This document shows, one piece after another, positions 18,831 through 28,500 of a DNA stretch of 34,858 nucleotides (positions are counted from its first letter, which is position 1; each line of letters opens with the position of its first letter). This DNA comes from an uncultured Bacteroidales bacterium (GTDB lineage Bacteria; Bacteroidota; Bacteroidia; Bacteroidales; JALTDM01), in contig CAZSHT010000002.1 in assembly GCA_964606715.1 (NCBI GenBank), positions 1 through 34,858 of the forward strand, read 5' to 3'. The translations under genes and the position numbers were made by a program. The notes under the pieces are model-generated. The model did not search any database, was not told the origin of the DNA, and saw nothing but the letters and a program-made list of their open reading frames with translations.

Positions 18831-19211
18831 ATGAAACGCATCGTCATTCCGGCTATTAATAATACATTGAGTCCACATTTTGGACACGCCAACTATTTTT
18901 CGGTATTCGACATTGAAAACGATAAAATTGTCAATTTCTTTTCGGCATTACCGCCACCTCACGAAGATGGTTCTTTCCCAAATTATCTTGCTGAATTGGG
19001 CACAACAGACCTTATCGTCGGCGGTATTGGTCCCAAAGCCATTGACATATTAAACGCCAAAGGCATCAATGTATATTCGGGGGCTCATGCCCTTCCGGTT
19101 ATCGAAATTGTTGAGAAATTTTTATCCGGCACCTTGGAATTGACAGCCAATACTTGCGACCACGAAACCGGTGCTCCTCACGACCATCAACATCATCATC
19201 GTCATCACTAA
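18831..19211 (+). CDS. NifX/NifB-type (Nitro_FeMo-Co domain, COG1433, MTH1175-like) protein with His-rich C-terminal tail
   Basis: 126 aa. The LSPHFGHANYFSVFDIEN signature and GGIGPKAIDILNAKGI are typical of the family. The tail is HETGAPHDHQHHHRHH. Confidence 0.8.
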   Translation: MKRIVIPAINNTLSPHFGHANYFSVFDIENDKIVNFFSALPPPHEDGSFPNYLAELGTTDLIVGGIGPKAIDILNAKGINVYSGAHALPVIEIVEKFLSGTLELTANTCDHETGAPHDHQHHHRHH

Positions 19212-19225
19212 AAAAACAAAATATT

Positions 19226-20098
19226 ATGAAAAATTTATTTATTATCATTTTTACTATCGTTACTGTTTCGGCATTTTCTACCGACAAACCTGCTTATAAA
19301 ATTTTTGACAAAAACGGAAAAGAAGTCTCTTATTCTCAAATGGTTGAAACACTTCAAAAAAACAACATTGTCTTTTTCGGCGAATTGCACAACAACACCA
19401 TTGCACACTGGCTGGAATTGCAAGTTACAAAATCGCTGTTCGACACCTACAAAGATAAACTCGTCTTGGGTGCCGAAATGTTTGAAGCAGACAATCAATT
19501 ATTACTCACCGAATATCTGACAGGCTTGGTAAAACAAAAAAGCTTTGAAGATGAGATGCGTCTATGGCCCAATTACAAAACAGATTACAAACCATTAGTT
19601 GAATTTGCAAAAGCCAATAAATTGCCATTTATTGCTACCAATGTTCCAAGACGCTATGCAGCAGTTGTTTCGAAACACAATCTGCAAGGTTTGGATAAAT
19701 TGAGCGACGAAGCTAAACGATACATCGCTCCGTTGCCTATTGCATACGACAGCACCGTAGGTTGTTATGTGCAGTTAAAAATGATGATGGCACATATGCC
19801 CGGTCATCGAGGAGGCAACAATTATATGCCACAAGCACAAGCTGTTAAAGATGCCACTATGAGCCATTTCATTCTTGCCAATTACAAAACAGGAAACCTA
19901 TTTCTACATTTTGACGGCAGTTATCATTCCGACAATTACGAAGGTATTGTATGGTGGATAAAAAAAGCCAATCCTAAATTGAAAGTCGCTACAATCTCAA
20001 CTGTCACACAAAACGATATTACTGCTTTGGATAAAGAAAATCAAGGCGTTGCCGATTTCATTATTGTTGTCCCCGAAGATATGACGACAACTTATTAA
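19226..20098 (+). CDS. ChaN/Tiki-superfamily (DUF399) secreted protein
   Basis: Start moved to ATG 19226, giving the signal peptide MKNLFIIIFTIVTVSAFS. FFGELHNN (GxxH motif), NVPRRY and a distal His-containing region fit the ChaN/erythromycin-esterase/Tiki fold. The track's 24-codon extension overlaps the NifX-like gene. Confidence 0.6.
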   Translation: MKNLFIIIFTIVTVSAFSTDKPAYKIFDKNGKEVSYSQMVETLQKNNIVFFGELHNNTIAHWLELQVTKSLFDTYKDKLVLGAEMFEADNQLLLTEYLTGLVKQKSFEDEMRLWPNYKTDYKPLVEFAKANKLPFIATNVPRRYAAVVSKHNLQGLDKLSDEAKRYIAPLPIAYDSTVGCYVQLKMMMAHMPGHRGGNNYMPQAQAVKDATMSHFILANYKTGNLFLHFDGSYHSDNYEGIVWWIKKANPKLKVATISTVTQNDITALDKENQGVADFIIVVPEDMTTTY

Positions 20099-20958
20099 TT
20101 AGCAACAGAAGCTTTGTTGAAATAATAATTAATATCCATTTGTGGCGTAGTTCCTAAAATGGGTTGTGTATAAAATGCGATATTCGTTTTGAAATTGGCA
20201 AACAAATAACCAATACCTACCGAAAAACTATTGGGATTGGTTGAGAATCCGCCTCTAAAATATAGTTTTTCTCTATAATAATATTCGATACCAAACTGTA
20301 TTGAGGCTGAATACCGAATATCTTTTTCCAATGCCACAACTGTTGTCAAATGGTCAGACAAACGAAACAACACTCCCATACTCATAGTCGTCTCAATGAG
20401 AGACTTATCTTCGGCATTGCTCATTATTGTCCAAGGGTTGAAAATATGCCCGCCAAGAGCCAATGATTCTGCCGGCTTCGAAAAAAAGCTCAATTCGGCT
20501 ACCAACGAATTGAGACCATTATAATAATATGACGAAGGGTATCCCGTATGCAAATAATCGAACTGCATTCCCAACGAAAAAGCAGGACTTAATTTCAAGG
20601 CATAAGCCAACGCTGTCTTCATCTCACTATATCCTTGCAAACCCAAAAAGCCAAAACTAAACCCCCAAGCACCTTTTTCCGTAGGCAACACCAATCCCAA
20701 CGATTGAAAACCAACAGAAGTTAAATATTTATTCTCATAAAAAAAGCCTATTGCCGGCGTTTCCATAAAAGCTAATGCTGCCTGATTGTAATGCAATGCC
20801 CATACATCAGCAATGGCAACACCTGCTTCCCCTAATGCTCCTTGCCTTGCTCCTACTTTGTAATTTTGAGAAAACAAAGTCGTTGAGAGAAACAAAAAAA
20901 GAATTGCTAAACTCTTAATTAACTTTATGTTCAAATGAGATTTCTTTGAATGTTTCAT
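20095..20958 (-). CDS. Outer-membrane beta-barrel protein, PorQ/PorV(FadL)-like
   Basis: 287 aa with a signal peptide ending FSQ. The N-terminal GARQGALGEAGVAIADVWALHYNQAALAF resembles the plug/N-motif of PorV/PorQ/FadL-type barrels. Aromatic-rich strands and a C-terminal aromatic region. Family assignment is tentative. Confidence 0.45.
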   Translation of the reverse strand: MKHSKKSHLNIKLIKSLAILFLFLSTTLFSQNYKVGARQGALGEAGVAIADVWALHYNQAALAFMETPAIGFFYENKYLTSVGFQSLGLVLPTEKGAWGFSFGFLGLQGYSEMKTALAYALKLSPAFSLGMQFDYLHTGYPSSYYYNGLNSLVAELSFFSKPAESLALGGHIFNPWTIMSNAEDKSLIETTMSMGVLFRLSDHLTTVVALEKDIRYSASIQFGIEYYYREKLYFRGGFSTNPNSFSVGIGYLFANFKTNIAFYTQPILGTTPQMDINYYFNKASVAN

Positions 20959-21436
20959 TCGCTTTTATAATTTTATTTTTCAATGATGATTTGTATTCTA
21001 CGACGCGTTGTCGAATATCATCATCGGTGAGAGCCAAGATTTGCAAAGCCAAAATAGCGGCATTCATTGCATTGTCCAACCCCACCGTAGCAACGGGAAT
21101 CCCCGGAGGCATTTGTAAAATCGACAATACGGCATCCCAACCGTTGAGCGAAATAGACGAACTCACCGGCACACCTATCACCGGCAATGTCGTATGCGAA
21201 GCAATGACACCCGGCAAGTGAGCTGCCAAACCTGCTCCTGCTATGATAACTTTTGCTCCTTTTTCTTCAATGGTTTTGATATACTCTACCACAGCTTCCG
21301 GCGTGCGATGTGCAGAAAGTGCCTGAATCTCGAACGGCACTTTAAAATCATCCAACATTTGGGCAGCTTTTTCCATTACTTTCCAATCGGAAGTACTTCC
21401 TAAAACAATGGTTACCAAAGGATTATTTTTTTTCAT
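20915..21436 (-). CDS. purE: N5-carboxyaminoimidazole ribonucleotide mutase
   Basis: 173 aa. VTIVLGSTSDW, SAHRTP and AGLAAHLPGVIA are canonical PurE motifs. Confidence 0.92.
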   Translation of the reverse strand: MKKNNPLVTIVLGSTSDWKVMEKAAQMLDDFKVPFEIQALSAHRTPEAVVEYIKTIEEKGAKVIIAGAGLAAHLPGVIASHTTLPVIGVPVSSSISLNGWDAVLSILQMPPGIPVATVGLDNAMNAAILALQILALTDDDIRQRVVEYKSSLKNKIIKANETFKEISFEHKVN

Positions 21437-21479
21437 TATTTTTTTGATATTTTTTGATTATGTATCAGGTATTTATTTT

Positions 21480-21487
21480 TACTTTTG
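21480..21487 (+). promoter_or_regulatory. Candidate -7 promoter box (TACTTTTG) for hpt-adk
   Basis: TAnnTTTG match lying inside the 5' extension of the track ORF, 27 nt upstream of the in-frame TTG at 21514. Confidence 0.4.
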
Positions 21488-21513
21488 CCTGCATAAAAAT
21501 AAGCCATTTTTCA

Positions 21514-22053
21514 TTGGAAACAATAAAAATCCTCGACAAAGAATTTGTTCCCTACATTAGTGAAGAACAAATATCTGAAACGGTAAACAGATTAGCCAAC
21601 GAAATCACACGCGATTTAGCAGATAAAGACCCCATCTTCTTAGGAATTTTGAACGGGTCTTTTTTATTTGCCGCCGATTTATTCAGACAATTAGACTTTC
21701 CGGCACAAATCACTTTTTTGAAATTAGCCTCCTACCAAGGCACGACCACTACCGGAAAAGTAAAACGCCTGATTGGCATCAACGAAGACATAAAAGACAA
21801 AACTATTGTCATTATCGAAGATATTGTTGATACCGGAATCACTATGGATGCCATTAAGAAACAACTATCCGGTTATGAACCAAAAGAAATAAAAATAGCG
21901 ACTTTAATTTTCAAACCCGATTCATTTCAAGGAGATTATCCGATTGACTACAAGGGATTTAGCATTCCAAATGATTTTATCGTAGGATATGGTCTTGATT
22001 ATGACGGTTACGGTCGTAACTTATCTTCTATTTATAAAATTAAAGCCGATTAA
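21514..22053 (+). CDS. hpt: Hypoxanthine(-guanine) phosphoribosyltransferase
   Basis: PRPP motif VIIEDIVDTGITM and C-terminal VGYGLDY. The track start ATG 21454 adds 20 hydrophobic residues and leaves only 17 nt to divergent purE. I prefer TTG 21514, giving (M)ETIKILDKEF and ~179 aa; the exact start is uncertain. Confidence 0.8.
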   Translation: METIKILDKEFVPYISEEQISETVNRLANEITRDLADKDPIFLGILNGSFLFAADLFRQLDFPAQITFLKLASYQGTTTTGKVKRLIGINEDIKDKTIVIIEDIVDTGITMDAIKKQLSGYEPKEIKIATLIFKPDSFQGDYPIDYKGFSIPNDFIVGYGLDYDGYGRNLSSIYKIKAD

Positions 22054-22088
22054 AATCCCCTTTTTATAAATCCCCCTAAATACGCATA

Positions 22089-22661
22089 ATGAAAAATATA
22101 ATATTATTTGGCCCTCCAGGAGCAGGTAAAGGTACTCAGGCTAAAAAATTAATCGACAAATACGGGCTTTTCCATATTTCTACCGGTGATATTTTTAGAA
22201 ACGAACTGAAGAACAACACCGAATTAGGAAAAAAAGCAAAAACCTATATCGACAAAGGTAATCTTGTCCCTGATGAGTTGGTCATTGAGATGCTAAAACA
22301 CCAAGTTGCCGAAAATTTATCCGGTCCGGGTTTCATTTTTGATGGTTTTCCTCGTACTCATATGCAAGCCGAAGCCCTCTATCAAATGTTAGGCTCTTTC
22401 AACACTAAGATTGATGCTATGATTACACTTCTCGCTGACGATGATGAAGTCATTCGCCGTCTATCAAAACGAGCAGAACAAGAAGGTCGTTCTGATGACA
22501 AAAGTATCGACATCATAAAAAATCGCTTGGAAGTTTATCGTAGTGAAACAGCTATTGCCAAAGAATACTACCGCGATAAGGGAAAATTATTTGAAATAAA
22601 CGGTATTGGAGATATTGAAGAAATTCATCAACGATTGGTCGAAATCATCGACAGTCTTTAA
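22089..22661 (+). CDS. adk: Adenylate kinase (short-lid type)
   Basis: 190 aa. P-loop GPPGAGKGTQ, plus ISTGDIFR and GFPRT motifs. Confidence 0.93.
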   Translation: MKNIILFGPPGAGKGTQAKKLIDKYGLFHISTGDIFRNELKNNTELGKKAKTYIDKGNLVPDELVIEMLKHQVAENLSGPGFIFDGFPRTHMQAEALYQMLGSFNTKIDAMITLLADDDEVIRRLSKRAEQEGRSDDKSIDIIKNRLEVYRSETAIAKEYYRDKGKLFEINGIGDIEEIHQRLVEIIDSL

Positions 22662-22685
22662 ATTTCTTTGTCGGGCAAGTTATTA

Positions 22686-23531
22686 TTACTCAACAAAATA
22701 ACCTACCAACTTATATATCAACTTTGCTACTAAAAAGTCCGATGCTTTATGGCATTCATCGGGAAGTAATTCCACTACATCGAACCCCGTAATCGTTGCA
22801 ACATCTGATACTTTTTTCAGCAATTCGGTAACAGCATACCAATCCAGTCCGCCGGGTTCAGGGGTTCCGGTTGCCGGCAAAACAGACGGATCAAAGCCAT
22901 CTAAATCAATGGTAACATATACTTTTTTCCCTGACAATAACGCAACGACATCCTCGTGCCATTCTGTTTTTCCCACAATATCTTCTGCAAAAAATACAGA
23001 CGATAAATTCATTTTCTCATATTCACATTTATCGAAACTCCGTATTCCAACCTGCACAATTGATGCAACTTCTTTTGCACGCGCCATCACACAAGCATGA
23101 TTGAATAATGAGCCGTTGTATTTTTCTCTCAAATCGGCATGAGCATCTATTTGCAACACCATAAAATCGTCATAATACTGTTTCATTGCTTTCAAAACAG
23201 GAATTGTTACCGAATGCTCACCGCCAATGATTACGGGAAACTTATTTTGTTGCAATACTTCAATAACGGTTTGCGAAACCGAAGAAACCATCTTTTCGGG
23301 TGATGTAAAATCATATTCTTTCCACAAAGTATGAATTCCCACCCTAAACGGTTCAGATTGCATTTCTCTGTCGAACCACTCTAATGCTTGTGATGCTTCA
23401 ACAACAGCTTTCGGTCCCTTATCGGCACCTTTGAGCCAAGTGCTCGTTCCGTCGTAAGCTACAGGCAATAAAAAAACCTTTGACGATTTCGGTTTTTTAT
23501 AAGCCTCGGGAAAATCGCCAAAGGTTTCCAT
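22686..23531 (-). CDS. speB: Agmatinase (arginase/ureohydrolase superfamily)
   Basis: 281 aa. Mn-binding motifs GGEHSVT, QIDAHADL and TIDLDGFDPS. The agmatinase sub-assignment rests on size and N-terminal pattern only. Confidence 0.7.
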   Translation of the reverse strand: METFGDFPEAYKKPKSSKVFLLPVAYDGTSTWLKGADKGPKAVVEASQALEWFDREMQSEPFRVGIHTLWKEYDFTSPEKMVSSVSQTVIEVLQQNKFPVIIGGEHSVTIPVLKAMKQYYDDFMVLQIDAHADLREKYNGSLFNHACVMARAKEVASIVQVGIRSFDKCEYEKMNLSSVFFAEDIVGKTEWHEDVVALLSGKKVYVTIDLDGFDPSVLPATGTPEPGGLDWYAVTELLKKVSDVATITGFDVVELLPDECHKASDFLVAKLIYKLVGYFVE

Positions 23532-23556
23532 TTTTTCTCGAAAAAAGTAAAAAGAA

Positions 23557-24420
23557 CTATTGACCTAAATAAGATTTCAACAATTTACTTCGCGAAGTAT
23601 GACGCAAACGACGAATGGCTTTTTCTTTTATCTGACGAACGCGTTCGCGTGTCAAGCCAAATTTATAACCTATTTCTTCCAGCGTCATCTCCTTTGTTCC
23701 TATTCCAAAGAACAATTTTATAATTTCGTGTTCTCGTTCTGTCAATGTTGACAACGAACGGTCTATTTCCATATTCAACGAATCTCGCATCAGCTCCTCA
23801 TCGGTTCGTGGAGAACTTGAATTGGGCAATACATCTAATAAGGTATTGTCTTCACTATCGACAAACGGAGCATCTACAGAGATATGTCGTCCTGCCACTC
23901 GCAGTGTATCGGATATTTTTGATTTCGGCACTTCCAATTTCTCGGCTATTTCTTCGGTCGAAGGCAAGCGTTCATTTTCTTGTTCGAATTTCGACAACAC
24001 CCGGTTGATTCTATTCAACGCTCCCACCTGATTTAACGGCAATCTTACAATTCTGGATTGTTCTGCCAATGCCGATAAAATAGACTGACGAATCCACCAT
24101 ACAGCATATGAGATAAATTTAAAACCTCGTGTTTCGTCAAATTTTTCAGCTGCTTTTATCAATCCCAAGTTTCCTTCATTAATCAAATCGGGCAAGCTAA
24201 GTCCCTGATTTTGATACTGTTTTGCCACAGAAACAACAAATCGCAAATTGGCTTTCGTCAACTTCTCCAATGCATCTCTGTCGCCTTTTTTTATCAGTTG
24301 CGCCAAACGCACTTCTTCCTCTACCGAAATAAGATTTTCTTTGCCTATTTCTTGCAAATATTTATCTAACGATGCACTCTCTCTGTTTGTAATTGATTTT
24401 GTGATTTTTAGTTGTCTCAT
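23557..24420 (-). CDS. rpoD: Primary RNA polymerase sigma factor, short Bacteroidota type
   Basis: 287 aa. Regions 2-4 are clear ([55 protein letters not shown]). There is no region 1.1, as in Bacteroidota sigma-A. Confidence 0.92.
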   Translation of the reverse strand: MRQLKITKSITNRESASLDKYLQEIGKENLISVEEEVRLAQLIKKGDRDALEKLTKANLRFVVSVAKQYQNQGLSLPDLINEGNLGLIKAAEKFDETRGFKFISYAVWWIRQSILSALAEQSRIVRLPLNQVGALNRINRVLSKFEQENERLPSTEEIAEKLEVPKSKISDTLRVAGRHISVDAPFVDSEDNTLLDVLPNSSSPRTDEELMRDSLNMEIDRSLSTLTEREHEIIKLFFGIGTKEMTLEEIGYKFGLTRERVRQIKEKAIRRLRHTSRSKLLKSYLGQ

Positions 24421-24594
24421 TTATTTTTCCTCTTTTTTTATTAATTAATTTTCAAAATAAACATTACTTTCGTCTTACAAAAGCATTTTTTTAACGAATG
24501 AACTTTAATAATGTTGCAATGGATTTGCAAAAAAAAGCCTTTTTTTTTACATAGACGAATTTTTCTTTTTTTTAAACTTGTTTTTATTTAAATA

Positions 24595-25497
24595 ATGGAT
24601 TACGACCTATTAACCATTCTGGGACCGACAGCCTCCGGAAAGACAAAATTGGCAACCGCTCTTGCATATACTATTGACGGCGAAATCATTAGCGCTGACT
24701 CCCGACAGGTATACAAAGGAATGGATTTAGGCACCGGAAAAGATTACGAAGATTATAATATTGATGGCAAAAAGATTCCGTATCACTTAATCGACATAAA
24801 AGAGGCCGGCACACAATATCACCTATTCGACTATCAGCAAGATTTTCTTTCGGCTTACAAGAACATCAAAGCCAGAGATAAACAACCAATTTTGTGTGGT
24901 GGAACAGGTCTGTATATTTCGGCTGTTACGAAACCATATTATTTAACCTCTTCCGGTATCAACTCGTCTCTTAGAAATGAATTAAACCAAAAAGATTTAT
25001 CTGACATTCAAGTATTGGCTTTAGAAAACAACATTCAAGTTCCCAAAAGTGATTTTGAAAATAAAGTAAGACTTATTCGCTATCTCGAAATTGCCTTTGA
25101 TAAAACCAAAACTAAATTTACATTTCCGTCCTTAAAGACTCTTTTCATCGGTATTGATATTGATAGAGAGACCTTACGAAATTCGATAAACAAAAGACTG
25201 GAAGAACGCCTAAAAAACGGCTTGATTGATGAGGTAAAACACTTACTAAACACTATTCCTGCCGATACACTAATAAAGTATGGACTTGAATATAAATATT
25301 TGACTCTTTTCCTTTTAGGGAAGCTGGAACGCAATGAAATGCAAACAAAATTGGCAACCGCTATTTATCAATTTTCGCGACGACAACGCTCTTGGTTTCG
25401 GCGTATGGAACGACAAGGAACAGTCATTCATTGGCTAAATCACGCCTTACCTAATCAAGAAAAAGTAACCAAGATTATGGAATTGATTTCACAATAA
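24595..25497 (+). CDS. miaA: tRNA dimethylallyltransferase
   Basis: 300 aa. P-loop GPTASGKT, plus SADSRQVYKGMDLGTGK and CGGTGLY motifs. Confidence 0.9.
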   Translation: MDYDLLTILGPTASGKTKLATALAYTIDGEIISADSRQVYKGMDLGTGKDYEDYNIDGKKIPYHLIDIKEAGTQYHLFDYQQDFLSAYKNIKARDKQPILCGGTGLYISAVTKPYYLTSSGINSSLRNELNQKDLSDIQVLALENNIQVPKSDFENKVRLIRYLEIAFDKTKTKFTFPSLKTLFIGIDIDRETLRNSINKRLEERLKNGLIDEVKHLLNTIPADTLIKYGLEYKYLTLFLLGKLERNEMQTKLATAIYQFSRRQRSWFRRMERQGTVIHWLNHALPNQEKVTKIMELISQ

Positions 25498-25568
25498 TTG
25501 CTCCCTGTTACATTATTTATTTTTAGATGTAGGTTATTTCAAATATTAATCTTATTTTAGCAAGCAAG

Positions 25569-28500
25569 ATGAAAAGACCTATCAAAAAAACAATATTATT
25601 CATTGGACTTCTTATTGGTATTTTTTTTGGGAAAATACTGTTTGCTCAAAATAAAACCATTGTTTTTGAACATTATACCGTTGAAAACGGTCTTTCTCAA
25701 AGTACTACCAATTGTCTTTTTCAAGATTCTCGCGGCTACATTTGGATTGGCACTCAAGACGGCTTAAATCTTTTCAACGGTAAGAAATTTACCATTTTCT
25801 ATAATAATGCTTTAGATAAAAACACGCTTTCCAATAAATGGATTTACGATGTACAAGAAGACAAACAAGGTAATATTTGGGTAGCCACGCTTTCCGGTCT
25901 TAACAAATTTGACAGAAAGACATTTTCATTTCAACATTTTTATCACAATAATAAGAACCCTCGAAGTTTACCCCAAAATACAATTATGGGATTGTTGATT
26001 GATAAAAACAACACGATGTGGCTTCGTTCTAAAGACTTACTCATTCGTTATTACAAAAATGAATTTTATTCCTATGAAATACCTAAGGATTTATTCCCTT
26101 TAAAAAGAGAAAATAAAACCATTCCCCTTGTCGAAACACCGCGTTATATATTTACAACCTCCTCCAACGGACTGGTTAAAATAGACAAAAAAACATTTTC
26201 AATAGAACTTATCCATAATAAACCCACTATAAACTACTTCCCTCTCACCGACAACAATGTTACGGCACTTAGTTACGATAAAAAACGACAAACATTATGG
26301 ATAGGAACAATTAATGGTTTGACAAAATTGGAACTTCAACATTCTAAGTTTATAAAATACCAGATTACGAATAAAGACAAGCATTACATTCCCATAAAAA
26401 AAATCAATGCAATTGTTGTTGATAAACACGAAAACTTATGGATTGGAAGTGACAACGGATTGTTATTTTTTAATCCTACAAACAACATTTATTCTCTCTA
26501 TCAAGCTGAAAAAAATGACCCGCAAAGTTTAAATAATAATGTCATTACAAATCTTCTTCTTGATGCTTCCGAAAACTTGTGGATTGGAACAGATGGAAAC
26601 GGTGTCGATAAAATCGATTTAAAACCACCTAAATTCAAACTGTATCAGCGAACCGCAAATCCCAAATCGGTTCAATTATCTATGAATATCATCGCTTCTG
26701 TCTATAAAGATGACGATGGCAAGATTTGGATTGGGACATGGGGAAAAGGTCTTAACATATACGATCCTAGAACAAATACAATATCTTACTACAATTCTCA
26801 TTCTCCGGCAGGTTTCCAAATTAATGAAGACCATGTACATAGTATCTTAAAATGCTCCAACGGGTTAATTTTTCTTGGCACTCGACAAGGTATTACGGTA
26901 TATGATCCTGTTCAAAAACGATTTACCGATTTAGCCGTTTATTATCCTACCGTTGAATTTCCTAAGTTTAAAGACAACCGAATCTATAAACTCATTGAAG
27001 ATTCTCGAAACAATATTTGGATAGCTACACAGTCGGGACTTTATGTCTTTAATTTAGTTACTTTGGAAACACGAAGCTATTTTAAAACCGATGGTTTGGC
27101 CGATAATTCTATTATCGAATTAATGCAAGATGATCTTAATAAAATTTGGATTGGAACTGCCAATGGCCTCACAATCTATGATCCCGATAATAAGGAACAC
27201 CCTTTCACAACTACTCGAAGAAATGAAAACACTCTTTCAACAAAAAAAGGAAACGATACTTATTCTACCTTATCCAATAATTATATCAACGCTATTGTTC
27301 AGGGTGAAAATTACTACTGGATAGGAACTGCTTCCGGATTAAACAGATATGATCCGACAACAAAAACTTTTAAATACTATTTCACACAAGACGGCTTACC
27401 AAACAACAATATTTACGAAATCATCATAGACAACAGCAATAACCTTTGGATAAGCACCAATAGAGGTATTTGCAAATATAATATTGATAAAAATAAATTC
27501 ATCTCATACGATCAACATGATGGTTTGCAAGGTCTTGAGTTTAACAATGGAGCCAGTTATATCAGTCTTGCCGGAGAAATATTCTTTGGTGGTGTCAATG
27601 GGTTAAATTCATTTTATCCACAAAATATGAATGATAATAACTATATCCCAAATATTGATTTTAATTATTTTGAAATAATATCAACAAAATCCAACAAACC
27701 CATTATTTCACAATTACTTACAAATGACACAATTCATCTTTATCATTATGATAAATCATTAACTATTTACTATTCTACATTAGAATACACCAATCCGAAA
27801 AAAAATCAATACAGCCATTTTCTTTCCGGCGATAATCATTGGACCAATACCGGCAATAAAAATTTCACAAGTTATACCAATTTAGATCCGGGCACTTATA
27901 CCTTTAAAATAAAAGGCTCCAACAATGATTATGTTTGGAGTAAAGAAAAAACGATTACGATTATTGTAAAACCTATCTTCTGGAAAACCATTTGGGCTTA
28001 TATAGCCTATTTTCTTATCATTGGCGGAATAACTTTCGCAATATTCCAAGCACGCGTCAGTAAACTGAAAACAGCCAATCAACTTTTAGAAGCCAAAGAA
28101 GAAGCCTCTCGCGTTTTGGCCATTAAACAAAAACAATTAGAAGAAAAAGACAAAGATATTACCGACAGTTTAAAATACGCCGAACGCATACAACGGGCTA
28201 CAATGCCTACAGTGCATCTGCTACATCATGCCTTTACCAACTCATTTGTTTTTTACCAACCAAAAGAACCTGTTTCCGGAGATTTCTATTGGTTTGTACA
28301 AAAAGAAAACTTATTCTTTGTAGCAGCAGTTGATTGTACAGGACACGGTGTTCCGGGAGCTTTCATGAGCCTTATCGGGATTAATCTACTCAATACTATT
28401 ATCGTCAATAATGGGATTGAAGATACCGGTGAAATATTAGACCATATGAATAAAGGTTTGTATGACACCTTGAACAAGGAAATAGATGATATTGCTCTTC

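Noticed and set aside
19154-19225. A 24-codon N-terminal extension of the ChaN-like ORF containing a poly-Ser run (SSRPSTSSSSS), overlapping the NifX-like 3' end.
   Set aside because: The poly-Ser is just the alternative-frame reading of the His-codon tract (cat/cac repeats). The internal ATG at 19226 gives a standard signal peptide 14 nt after the NifX-like stop.
20915-20958. A 44-nt overlap between the purE 3' end and the start of the PorQ-like barrel gene, considered as a frameshift, pseudogene or misassembly.
   Set aside because: Both ORFs are full-length with intact termini. PurE has a normal length and the barrel has a complete signal peptide. An in-frame TTG at 20934 would shorten the overlap. 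Overlaps are common throughout this compact window.
24529-24548. A8-GCC-T9, considered as a terminator or a phase-variable homopolymer.
   Set aside because: The stem is all A:T with a 3-nt loop, so it is very weak. Both flanking genes are transcribed away from it, so there is nothing to terminate. It is kept only as a minor note.
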